Source: Propionibacterium ruminifibrarum
Lineage (GTDB): Bacteria > Actinomycetota > Actinomycetes > Propionibacteriales > Propionibacteriaceae
DNA length: 32,000 nt
NCBI RefSeq assembly: GCF_900289195.1
Contig: NZ_OMOH01000004.1
Coordinates: forward strand, 210,001-242,000
Direction of reading: 5' to 3'
The translations under genes were made by a program, and so were the position numbers. This document shows positions 1 to 9,061 of the stretch, piece by piece. Position 1 is the stretch's first letter, and every line of letters starts with the position of its first letter. The notes beneath the pieces were generated by a model. The model was given only the letters and a program-made list of their open reading frames with translations. It was not told the origin of the DNA and ran no database searches.

Positions 1-136
1 TGCCGCACGGCACCTCCCACCGGCCGGCACGGACGCTCGGGCATGGCGCCCCGGCCAGGGCTGTGAGAGTGCCACGCCTCGAACCAGTACGAACGTTTCC
101 TTCCCCACCCTCGGGCCCGACGTCTACCGTTGGGTC

Positions 137-1093
137 ATGCGAACGTCCACGCGTCATCCCTCGAAACTGTCCATCGTCGGCGCCGGTGCGGTCGGCACCT
201 CCCTCGCCTACGCCGCGCTCATCCGTGACTCGGCCCAGGTCATCTCCCTTTACGACATCGCCACGAAGAAGGTCGACGCCGAGGTCAAGGATCTCGCGCA
301 CGGCACCCAGTTCACGAACTCCGTCGTCATGGGCGGGGACGACATCTCCGTGGTCAAGGACTCGTCCATCGTCATCATCACCGCAGGCGCCAAGCAGAAA
401 CCGGGCCAGACCAGGCTCGATCTGGCCGCGACGAACGCGAAGATCCTCGCCTCGATGATGCCCCAGCTCGTGGAGCAGGCCCCCGACGCGCTCTACGTGC
501 TCGTCACGAACCCCTGCGACGTGCTCACCGTCGTCGCGCAGAAGGTCTCCGGCCTGCCGACGGCGCAGGTGCTGTCCACCGGCACGCTGCTCGACACCTC
601 GCGTCTGCGCTATCTCATCGCCCGGAAGGCCCAGGTGGCCCAGCCGAACGTGCACTCGATGATCGTCGGCGAGCACGGCGACTCGGAGTTCCCGCTGTGG
701 TCGAGCGCCACGATCTCGTCGGTGCCGATCCGCGACTGGACGGTGGCGGGCGAGCGCGTCTTCACCCAGCCGGTGCTCGACGGCCTGGCGCACGAGGCGG
801 CATTCGCCGCGTACGAGGTCATCGAGGGCAAGGGCGCGACGAACTACGCCATCGGTCTCGCCGGGGCCCGGCTCGTCGAGGCGCTGCTGTCGCCCACCCG
901 CAGCGTGCTGCCGGTCTCGAGCGTCCTGGACGGCTACTACGACATCTCCGGCGTCGCGCTCAGCCTGCCCACCCTGGTGAGCGAGCACGGCGTCGACCGC
1001 GTCGTCGAGGCACCGATGAGCGCGGACGAGGTGAGCCTGCTGCACGCCTCAGCCGAGCGCATCCGCGAGACGGTGGCCTCGGTCGGATTCTGA
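137..1093 (+). CDS. ldh: L-lactate dehydrogenase
   Basis: 318-aa ORF. Has the Rossmann motif [16 protein letters not shown] plus [16 protein letters not shown] and [14 protein letters not shown] motifs typical of LDH-type 2-hydroxyacid dehydrogenases. A strong hairpin follows at 1111-1156. Confidence 0.9.
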   Translation: MRTSTRHPSKLSIVGAGAVGTSLAYAALIRDSAQVISLYDIATKKVDAEVKDLAHGTQFTNSVVMGGDDISVVKDSSIVIITAGAKQKPGQTRLDLAATNAKILASMMPQLVEQAPDALYVLVTNPCDVLTVVAQKVSGLPTAQVLSTGTLLDTSRLRYLIARKAQVAQPNVHSMIVGEHGDSEFPLWSSATISSVPIRDWTVAGERVFTQPVLDGLAHEAAFAAYEVIEGKGATNYAIGLAGARLVEALLSPTRSVLPVSSVLDGYYDISGVALSLPTLVSEHGVDRVVEAPMSADEVSLLHASAERIRETVASVGF

Positions 1094-1110
1094 CTCCTCG
1101 CCCCTGCCCC

Positions 1111-1156
1111 ACGCCCTGCGTTCTTCGTGCGTCACCCCACGAAGAACGCAGGGCGT
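1111..1156. repeat. Palindromic intergenic element, copy 1 of 4 (also a candidate ldh terminator)
   Basis: Perfect 18-19 bp stem CGCCCTGCGTTCTTCGTG / CACGAAGAACGCAGGGCG with 8-nt loop CGTCACCC, starting 18 nt after the ldh stop. The same core recurs three times at 20328-20568. Confidence 0.8.
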
Positions 1157-1174
1157 TACGCATAGCCTGGATGC

Positions 1175-1546
1175 ATGACCGACGAAGAACTCATCCTCGA
1201 GTGCTGGAACGCCCAGCTCGACGCCATGGACGCCGCCGACACAGCGGCGCTGGGCGCCTGTTTCACCCCTGACGCGCACCTGGTGCACATGACCGGCCGC
1301 GTCCAGCCCCTCGACTCCTGGCTGGCCGGTATCCGCGCCGGTCAGTTCGTCTATCACCGCATCGACCGCCGATCGGTCACGGTGACCGACGTGACCGGCA
1401 CCACCGCCCACCTCGTCGGCCACGTCACGACCGGCATCACCGACGACGGTTCCGGCCAGGCCTGGCCGCTGCGGATGGCCCAGACCTACGTGCGCAGCGG
1501 CGACAGCTGGCTGTGCAGCGAGTCACGGGTCACCTTCGACCGCTGA
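1175..1546 (+). CDS. Small NTF2/SnoaL-like (DUF4440-type) protein
   Basis: 123-aa ORF with balanced composition. The N-terminal pattern (ELILECWNAQLDAMDAADTAALGACFTPDAHLVH) resembles SnoaL/NTF2-fold proteins. Family call is by recollection only. Confidence 0.5.
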   Translation: MTDEELILECWNAQLDAMDAADTAALGACFTPDAHLVHMTGRVQPLDSWLAGIRAGQFVYHRIDRRSVTVTDVTGTTAHLVGHVTTGITDDGSGQAWPLRMAQTYVRSGDSWLCSESRVTFDR

Positions 1547-1816
1547 CCGGCCGATGGTCCCGCGGCGTGCTCACGGGCGCGCCGCAGGCCCATGCCGTCG
1601 CAGACCCGCGCCGCCCCTGGCCGGCCCGGCCCTCAGAAACCAGGGCCGCGGACAGCTCCGAGGCACTGCCCAGGGCGGGCCGGACCACGAGCACGATCGC
1701 ACCCCGCACCCGTCCCGGAGCCAACAAACGGCAGGTCGGCCCGCCGCCCCGGTTCATCGGCGACCATGGTGCCCCTGGCCGGCGACGCCGCCGTGCCCGA
1801 CACGAAAGGAGGGTCA

Positions 1817-3307
1817 ATGCAGATCACACCCTATGGAAGCGTCCTGGCCGACGTCACCGGCGGACGGGTCGTCGGTGTCGTCGACAACGACGGCATGAAG
1901 ATCTTCCGGGGCATCCCGTACGCGGCAGCCCCGTACGGCGCCAACCGCTTCAAGGCGCCCCAGCCGGTCGAGCCGTGGGACGGCGAACGCGACGCGACGA
2001 CCTTCGGCCCCAGCACCTACCAGATCGAGCCGCTGTTCCGCGGCCACGGCTTCAACTACCGCGCCATCATGAGCCCGGGGTGGCGTCCCGGCGACGAGAC
2101 GCTCAACCTCAACATCTGGACCCCCGGCGAGGCGGGCGACAACCTTCCCGTGCTCGTCTACATCCATGGCGGCGCCTTCCTCACCGGCAACGGCGGCCTG
2201 CCCGCCTACGACGGCCACCACCTGGCCGAGCGCGGGGCCGTCTACGTCTCGATCCACTACCGCACCGGCACCGAGGGCTTCGGGGCCTTCGAGGGGGCGG
2301 CCACCAACCGCGGCCTGCGCGACCAGATCGCGGCCCTGGCCTGGGTACAGGAGAACATCGCCCGCTTCGGCGGCGACCCCGGCCGCGTCATGGTGCACGG
2401 CGAGTCGGCGGGCGGCATGAGCATCGCCCTGCTGCTGGCCAGCCCGGCCGCCGACGGGCTCTTCCACCGCGCGGTCGTCCAGTCCGGCTCGGCCCCGATG
2501 GCCGAGGGCCCCGAGCAGGCGGCGGACCGGGCGCGCCGGATCGCCGCGGCCCTGGGCACCGAGCCGACGGCCGGCGCGATCGCCGCCGTCGACCAGAAGA
2601 CACTGCTCGACACCGCGCTGGCGGCCCTGGCCGAGCACCACACCGACCGGTGGGACATGCTCGCGCTCGGCCCGTGGGTGGACGGCGAGATCGTCCCCGA
2701 GCACCTCGACACGGCGATGCTGTCCCGGCCCGCGCGCCGGACGGTCTGGGGCACCAACCGCGACGAGGGCAATCTGTTCCTCATCACGCCCGACATGATG
2801 GCCACCGCCACCGAGGAGACCCTGGCCGGTTACCTGCTGGCGTCCCACGGCGCGGTCGAGCCGCTGCGCACGATGCTGCTGGAACGCACCCGCATCCACG
2901 AGCCCGGCATGGCGCTGGCCCAGCACCTGTCCTGGACGACCTTCACCGGCCCGACGATGACGGCCGTCGACCAGCTGGCCCGGGACGGGCGCCCCACCTG
3001 GCTGTACCGCTTCGACTACGCCTCACGCGCCGACGACGGCCGCGCCCAGGCATGCCACATGAGCGAGTTCCCGTTCGTCTGGGACAACCTCGACAGCCCC
3101 GCGCACCGGCAGATGACCGGCCCCAACCCGCCCCAGCGGCTAGCCACGGAGATGGCCGACGCCTGGGTGCGCTTCGCCGCCACCGGCGACCCGGGCTGGC
3201 CGGCCTTCACCGACCCGCAGCGGATCGCCCACGTCTTCGACACCACCAGCAGTGACGTGCCCGGCCTCGACCAAGAGCTCTGGCGGGCCTGGACCGGCAA
3301 GGACTGA
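1817..3307 (+). CDS. Carboxylesterase/lipase family (type B, para-nitrobenzyl-esterase-like)
   Basis: In-frame ATG at 1817 is preceded by AAAGGAGGG. The upstream part of track ORF 1592-3307 is P/R/G-rich junk. Motifs: FRGIPYAAAPYGANRF, oxyanion HGGAF, nucleophile elbow GESAGG. Confidence 0.85.
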   Translation: MQITPYGSVLADVTGGRVVGVVDNDGMKIFRGIPYAAAPYGANRFKAPQPVEPWDGERDATTFGPSTYQIEPLFRGHGFNYRAIMSPGWRPGDETLNLNIWTPGEAGDNLPVLVYIHGGAFLTGNGGLPAYDGHHLAERGAVYVSIHYRTGTEGFGAFEGAATNRGLRDQIAALAWVQENIARFGGDPGRVMVHGESAGGMSIALLLASPAADGLFHRAVVQSGSAPMAEGPEQAADRARRIAAALGTEPTAGAIAAVDQKTLLDTALAALAEHHTDRWDMLALGPWVDGEIVPEHLDTAMLSRPARRTVWGTNRDEGNLFLITPDMMATATEETLAGYLLASHGAVEPLRTMLLERTRIHEPGMALAQHLSWTTFTGPTMTAVDQLARDGRPTWLYRFDYASRADDGRAQACHMSEFPFVWDNLDSPAHRQMTGPNPPQRLATEMADAWVRFAATGDPGWPAFTDPQRIAHVFDTTSSDVPGLDQELWRAWTGKD

Positions 3308-3516
3308 CCGCACCGGACCGCGCCCGCCCACTCCCCGGACCGGCAACCCAGGACAAGAGTCTGGCAACAGGCGGCAATGCGGGGCATGACAATGCTCGTT
3401 GCCTACAGAGTATGAAGAACCATTCCGCCGGGCTGCTTCGGCGGGACAACAGCGTCCCGCCCGGTGAGGCCGCCGGCGCGTGAGCGTACGACCTCGACGA
3501 GGAGAATCCACCGAGC

Positions 3517-6015
3517 ATGAGAACACTCGACCAGATCGCCGGCTTCACCCAGACCCCGACCGGCCTGCGCGCGGAGATCGCCGGTGGCTTCACGCTGCAC
3601 CTCGACATCCTCGAGAACACCCTGGCACGCGTACGCGTCCTGCCGGCCGACGCCCCCGCCGTCACCGGCACCTGGCTGATCACCCCGGGCCGACCCGTCG
3701 ACGAGGACACCGGCCTGGACCCCGAGCACCTGCTGACCCCGGCCGAGGACGTGCCATGGTCGGGCCGGAACCGTTCGGATCTGAGCGGCTTCACCTGCCC
3801 GGCGGTCACCGTCGAGGAGGTCGACCTGGAGGCCGACGGCCCGGCCGTCACGGGCATGGGCCGCAACGCCACCGACGAGATGGCGATCTTCGACCGCCCG
3901 CGCCCCGGCCAGCACCGCATCATCGTCGCCAGCGGCGACCTGCGGGCCGTCGTCCAGGACATCCCGTTGCGCATCTGCTGGCAGGTGCGCGTCGACGACG
4001 GGTGGACGACCATCACCGAGGACCGGCGCACCGGCGGCTACGAGATCAACCCGCGGACCGGGCGGGTCGCGCACTACATCATGCGCGAACCCGAGGACCG
4101 CTACTACGGGCTCGGCGAGAAGGGCGGCGACCTGGAGCGCACCGGGTCCAGCTACGACATGCGCTGCCTGGACGCGATGGGCTACGACGCCGTCGAGACC
4201 GACCCGCTGTACAAGCACGTGCCGTTCATCATGACCCGCCGCGCCGGGGCCGGGGCCGCCGGCATCCTCTACGACAACCAGACGGCCGCCGTGCTCGACA
4301 TGGGACGGGTCAAGGACAACTACCACCGCCCCTTCATCAGCTGGACGGCCGAGGGCGGTGACATCGACTACTACGTCATGGTCGGGCGGCGGCTCGCCGA
4401 CCTGACCAGGGCCGTCGTGCGCCTGACCGGCGACAACGCCTTCCTGCCGCGCTGGGCGCTGGGCTACTCCGGCTCGACGATGCACTACACCGACGCCCCG
4501 GACGCCGCCGGGAAGCTGCTGGAGTTCCTCGACCTGCTGGGCGAGCACCGGATCCCCTGCGACTCCTTCCAGATGTCCAGCGGCTACACGAGCATCGGCC
4601 CGAAGCGCTACGTCTTCAACTGGAACCGGGACAAGTTCCCCGACCCGCGGGCCACCGCGCAGGCGTACGCCGACAAGGGGCTCCACCTGGCGGCCAACAT
4701 CAAACCGGCCCTGCTCGTCGACCATCCGCTGTTCGACGAGGCCGCGGCCCGGGGTGTCTTCGTCACCGATGCCGAGACCGGCGAACCCGAGCTGAGCCTG
4801 TTCTGGGGCGACCGCGGCGCGCACGTCGACTTCACCTCGCCGGCCGGGCGGGACTGGTGGAAGGAGAACGTCCGCACCAAGCTGCTCGAGATGGGCATCG
4901 GCTCCACCTGGAACGACAACAACGAGTACGAGGTCTGGGACGACCGCGCGGTGTGCGAGGGTTTCGGCTCGAAGGCGCCGCTGGCTCTCATCCGCCCCGT
5001 CCAGTCCCTGCTCATGATGCGCGCCTCCGCCGAGGCCCAGCGCGAGTTCGCGCCGACCGAGCGCCCCTACCTCATCTCGCGTTCGGGCATGCTCGGCATG
5101 CAGCGCTACGTCCAGACGTGGAGCGGCGACAACTACACCAGCTGGAAGACCCTGAAGTACAACACCCGCATGGGCACCGGCATGTCGATGAGCGGCGTGT
5201 TCAACGTCGGCCACGACGTCGGCGGGTTCTCCGGCGCCGCCCGACCCTCGCCGGAGCTGTTCGTCCGGTGGGTGCAGAACGGCGTCATGCACCCGCGTTT
5301 CACGATCCACTCCTGGCACGACGACGGCTCGGTCAACGAGCCGTGGATGTACCCGGAGGTCACCGACCTGATCCGGGACGCCATCGAGCTGCGCTACCGC
5401 CTCATGCCGTACCTGTACACGGCCCTCTACCTGGGATCGCAGCGCCGCGAACCGATCATCGCCCCGACCTTCTACGCGGACGAGTCCGACGAGTCCCTGT
5501 TCGTCGAGAACGACGACTTCCTGCTGGGCCGTGACCTGCTCGTGGCCAGTGTCGTCGAGGAGGGCGCCACGACCCGCACCGTGCGGCTGCCCGGCGTGCC
5601 GGGCGGCTGGTTCGAGTTCGACACCGGCGTCCACCACGACGGCGGGCAGACGGTCACCGTCGACGCGCCGCTGGAGCGGCTGCCGCTGTTCGTGCGCGCC
5701 GGCGCGGGCATCCCGCTGGCCGAGCTTCCCGATGACGCCGACATCGTCACGACGACCTCGCTGGAGGCCACCGGTCGGCGGGTCGTCCTCTACCTGCCCG
5801 AGCGCGTCACCGACGCCCAGGGCTTCCTGTTCGAGGACGACGGCGTCAGCGACGCCTACCTGGACGGCGACGGGCTGTGGCTGCGCTGGAGCGTCGACGC
5901 CGACGAGACGCAGGTGCGCGTCCACACCGAGCGCGCTGGCCGGTTCGCCCCGGCCTGGGGGCAGGTCGAGTTCGTGCTGCGGCCCGGCGACGACCGAGAG
6001 ATCGTCGTCGACTGA
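3517..6015 (+). CDS. Glycoside hydrolase family 31 (alpha-glucosidase/alpha-xylosidase-like)
   Basis: 832-aa ORF with GAGGAG upstream. GH31-type catalytic regions are GSTWNDNNEYEVW (nucleophile region) and RYVQTWSGDNYTSW (acid/base region). Confidence 0.85.
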   Translation: MRTLDQIAGFTQTPTGLRAEIAGGFTLHLDILENTLARVRVLPADAPAVTGTWLITPGRPVDEDTGLDPEHLLTPAEDVPWSGRNRSDLSGFTCPAVTVEEVDLEADGPAVTGMGRNATDEMAIFDRPRPGQHRIIVASGDLRAVVQDIPLRICWQVRVDDGWTTITEDRRTGGYEINPRTGRVAHYIMREPEDRYYGLGEKGGDLERTGSSYDMRCLDAMGYDAVETDPLYKHVPFIMTRRAGAGAAGILYDNQTAAVLDMGRVKDNYHRPFISWTAEGGDIDYYVMVGRRLADLTRAVVRLTGDNAFLPRWALGYSGSTMHYTDAPDAAGKLLEFLDLLGEHRIPCDSFQMSSGYTSIGPKRYVFNWNRDKFPDPRATAQAYADKGLHLAANIKPALLVDHPLFDEAAARGVFVTDAETGEPELSLFWGDRGAHVDFTSPAGRDWWKENVRTKLLEMGIGSTWNDNNEYEVWDDRAVCEGFGSKAPLALIRPVQSLLMMRASAEAQREFAPTERPYLISRSGMLGMQRYVQTWSGDNYTSWKTLKYNTRMGTGMSMSGVFNVGHDVGGFSGAARPSPELFVRWVQNGVMHPRFTIHSWHDDGSVNEPWMYPEVTDLIRDAIELRYRLMPYLYTALYLGSQRREPIIAPTFYADESDESLFVENDDFLLGRDLLVASVVEEGATTRTVRLPGVPGGWFEFDTGVHHDGGQTVTVDAPLERLPLFVRAGAGIPLAELPDDADIVTTTSLEATGRRVVLYLPERVTDAQGFLFEDDGVSDAYLDGDGLWLRWSVDADETQVRVHTERAGRFAPAWGQVEFVLRPGDDREIVVD

Positions 6016-6017
6016 CG

Positions 6018-6038
6018 CACCGGGGCTTCGGCCCCGTG
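6018..6038 (+). terminator. Hairpin after the GH31 gene
   Basis: CAC-CGGGGC-TTCG-GCCCCG-TG, a GC stem with a UUCG tetraloop, lies 3 nt after the stop. There is no clear U-tract. Confidence 0.4.
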
Positions 6039-6144
6039 AATGATGGCGGACACGCGGCGCCTCGGCCCCGCCAGGGTCATCTGCCGGCCCGGAAGACAGC
6101 GGACACCGTGGGCGGGCGGCGCCGGCACGGCTAGGCTTTGAGGC

Positions 6145-6708
6145 GTGAGTGAGCCCGGATCGGTCAATGCGCTGCGCGTCGGCGACGCGGATCGCGGTGC
6201 CGTCGTCGAGATGCTGACCAGGGCACACGCCGAGGGACGCCTCGACCTGGCGGAGCACTCCGACCGCTCCGACCGGGCCCTGACGGCCAGGACGGTGGGC
6301 GACCTGCTCGCCCTGGTCGAGGACCTCACACCGGCACGCATCCCCCAGGCCGCACTGCCCGCGCCCAGGGGCTCGGGGGCGGTCCGCGCGACGTTGGGCA
6401 GCACCCGCCGCGCGGGGGCCTGGATGGTGCCCGAGACACTGCACGTCTCGGTCCTCATGGGCGACGCCAAGATCGACATGACCGAGGCCGTCTTCACCCA
6501 CCCCGTCGTGGAACTCGATGTGAGCATCATCATGGGCGACGTGAAGTTGTACGTGCCGGCGGGGCTCACCGTCATCGACGAGTGCACCCACATCATGAGC
6601 GACTTCAAGATCAAGGGGATGCTTCAGCCGGCTCAAGGCGCCCCCACGATCATCGTCAAGGGTTCGAGCATCATGGGCGACGTGAAGGTGCGGGTGCGCC
6701 CCTCTTAG
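6145..6708 (+). CDS. DUF1707-domain protein with LiaF-like C-terminal repeat region
   Basis: GTG-start ORF. The N-terminus LRVGDADRGAVVEMLTRAHAEGRLDLAEHSDR matches the DUF1707 pattern as I recall it. The C-terminus has repeated IMGDVK(L/V) strands. Start codon is uncertain. Confidence 0.65.
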   Translation: MSEPGSVNALRVGDADRGAVVEMLTRAHAEGRLDLAEHSDRSDRALTARTVGDLLALVEDLTPARIPQAALPAPRGSGAVRATLGSTRRAGAWMVPETLHVSVLMGDAKIDMTEAVFTHPVVELDVSIIMGDVKLYVPAGLTVIDECTHIMSDFKIKGMLQPAQGAPTIIVKGSSIMGDVKVRVRPS

Positions 6709-7184
6709 ATCAGAGCGCTGAGACTCCCACACGAACCCGCGAACCGCTGGAACACTCCCAGGTGAGATGGCGATGACATCAGCGATGCCCGCGGATGGAC
6801 GGTTGCCGCCCGCCACCGTCTCGATATTCCCCGCCGCCCCGGCGAAACCATTGAAATGTTCAATGCATGGCACCAGAGATGGCGCTCGCCGAGGGCTGGC
6901 TTCCTTCGACGGGAAGAGGACCAGTGGTTGCCGTTGACCCGACTCAGGAGAGTGTGACGGGCATGAGGCGCATCGAGAAGCCATTTCGATGTAGGATGAT
7001 GTCGACGTGGGGCCAGTGCGAGAGCCGGTGTCCCGCCACCGCCCCGCGTGAGCGCTCGCACCCTTGTCAGAGCCATGTTCGTGTTGACAAGACCATAGGG
7101 ACGCCCTACGATTCCGGCAAGAGCGAGGGAGCGCTCGCAACACGAGGTATCGCCGCTTGTCAGCCCCCACAAAATCTGACAGAC
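6709..7184 (+). promoter_or_regulatory. Putative CRISPR leader (non-coding, locally lower GC)
   Basis: 476 bp with no credible ORF between the DUF1707 stop and repeat 1. An A-rich stretch CACAAAATCTGACAGAC abuts repeat 1. Contains a 7-bp inverted repeat CATTGAA-ATG-TTCAATG (6849-6865) and a duplicated AGCGCTCGCA...CTTGTCAG motif (about 7051 and 7130). The leader role depends on the inferred + orientation. Confidence 0.4.
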
Positions 7185-9024
7185 GTTTCCCCACCTGAAT
7201 AGGTGGGGCTCCATTGAGGCGTTCCGGACGCCCCAGTTAAATTGCTCGATGGTTTCGTTTCCCCACCTGAATAGGTGGGGCTCCATTGAGGCGCGTTGAT
7301 CCCCGCGATGGCATTCTCATAGTCGCCTGTTTCCCCACCTGAATAGGTGGGGCTCCATTGAGGCCTTGACAGTGTGCACGCCCGAATGTCATTCACCGAA
7401 GTTTCCCCACCTGAATAGGTGGGGCTCCATTGAGGCCCTATGACATGGCCGTATGGGAGTGATGACGATGAGTTTCCCCACCTGAATAGGTGGGGCTCCA
7501 TTGAGGCATCAGCTTGAGCAGCATGCTCTTTAACTGAGTGCCGTTTCCCCACCTGAATAGGTGGGGCTCCATTGAGGCTCGTGGACTGCATTGAGGGTTG
7601 CTGCCACCACGCCAGGTTTCCCCACCTGAATAGGTGGGGCTCCATTGAGGCACGGTGCGAGGCATGGTGGTCACGCAAGACAAGAAAAGTTTCCCCACCT
7701 GAATAGGTGGGGCTCCATTGAGGCTTCTGAAACTCGTTGACGTTGCACATGAGCACATGGTTTCCCCACCTGAATAGGTGGGGCTCCATTGAGGCTGTTG
7801 GACTTGCCGAACATCTTGATCTGGTGTGCCGTTTCCCCACCTGAATAGGTGGGGCTCCATTGAGGCCAGTGGGCGACGTTGACGGCGACGGCGTTGCCGG
7901 CCTGTTTCCCCACCTGAATAGGTGGGGCTCCATTGAGGCACCGCCATGAGGAAACTGCCCTCGCCCTGTGCGAGGGGTTTCCCCACCTGAATAGGTGGGG
8001 CTCCATTGAGGCTTGCGACTCAAGTCCTCAACGTCTCTGCCACGGCCCAGTTTCCCCACCTGAATAGGTGGGGCTCCATTGAGGCTTGCCGTAGTGGTCT
8101 GCGAGGCCACGCAGGGCCTCGTTTCCCCACCTGAATAGGTGGGGCTCCATTGAGGCAGGGTTTCGCCGGCGGTGATGATGTAGACCTCGGGGTGTTTCCC
8201 CACCTGAATAGGTGGGGCTCCATTGAGGCAGGACGATGTGTACGACACGGCCGTTGTCGAGCAGTGTTTCCCCACCTGAATAGGTGGGGCTCCATTGAGG
8301 CTCTCATGTACTCCGGTACCTCACCGGAGTGCTGTGCCCGTTTCCCCACCTGAATAGGTGGGGCTCCATTGAGGCGGTCATCATAGCTAAGGGATATGAA
8401 ACTGAACTCGTGTTTCCCCACCTGAATAGGTGGGGCTCCATTGAGGCCGCTCGACCTGGTGGACGAACAGACCCGCGAGCGGGCGTTTCCCCACCTGAAT
8501 AGGTGGGGCTCCATTGAGGCGCCGAGCTGGACAAGGAGATGCTCGCCCAGTACGAGTTTCCCCACCTGAATAGGTGGGGCTCCATTGAGGCGTGAGGAAC
8601 CCCGATCTCGTCACCCAGTGACCCTTCGTTTCCCCACCTGAATAGGTGGGGCTCCATTGAGGCGCGGCAATGGTGGTGACGGGTTCGGCGTGGGCCGGGT
8701 TTCCCCACCTGAATAGGTGGGGCTCCATTGAGGCGGCGCCAGCCGGTACGAGGTCGCCCCCCAGCTCGGCGTTTCCCCACCTGAATAGGTGGGGCTCCAT
8801 TGAGGCGAGATGGAGGCGATCAACCCGGCGATCTCGGCGGCCGTTTCCCCACCTGAATAGGTGGGGCTCCATTGAGGCGCCAGGGCTCGTGACACTGACG
8901 ACTTACCGACACCGAGTTTCCCCATCTGAATAGGTGGGGCTCCATTGAGGCTGGTCTCGCTGGGTTTCGGGCATGGCGGCCAGGATCGGTTTCCCCACCT
9001 GAATAGGTGGGGCTCCATTGAGGC
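7185..9024 (+). CRISPR. CRISPR array, 26 x 36-bp repeats and 25 spacers
   Basis: The repeat GTTTCCCCACCTGAATAGGTGGGGCTCCATTGAGGC was located by hand at 7185, 7257, 7329 ... 8989. Spacer lengths are 36, 36, 36, 35, 35, 37, 37, 35, 35, 37, 37, 37, 35, 37, 36, 38, 36, 37, 35, 36, 35, 36, 36, 37, 37, summing to 904. With 936 bp of repeats that gives 1,840 bp, which is consistent. 25 repeats are identical; repeat 25 (8916-8951) has CCCCATC instead of CCCCACC. Each repeat has an internal 7-bp stem CCCCACC/GGTGGGG with loop TGAATA. Strand was inferred from repeat architecture. Confidence 0.97.
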
Positions 9025-9061
9025 GATTCTTTGATCGTCTCCAGGGCGATTCAGACCCCAG

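Noticed and set aside
1-136. Possible 3' end of an upstream gene at the left edge
   Set aside because: It is too short, has no motif, and several frames are open. It cannot be supported.
1513-3255. 580-aa + ORF and the 75-codon N-terminal extension of ORF 1592-3307
   Set aside because: It is an alternate frame of the esterase gene with extreme R/P/G content. The esterase has a clear RBS-preceded ATG at 1817.
3403-7194. 1,263-aa minus-strand ORF, the longest in the track
   Set aside because: It is antisense to the well-supported GH31 and DUF1707 genes. Its R/G/A/V/D/H-rich low-complexity composition carries no recognisable motifs. It is a typical high-GC antisense shadow ORF.
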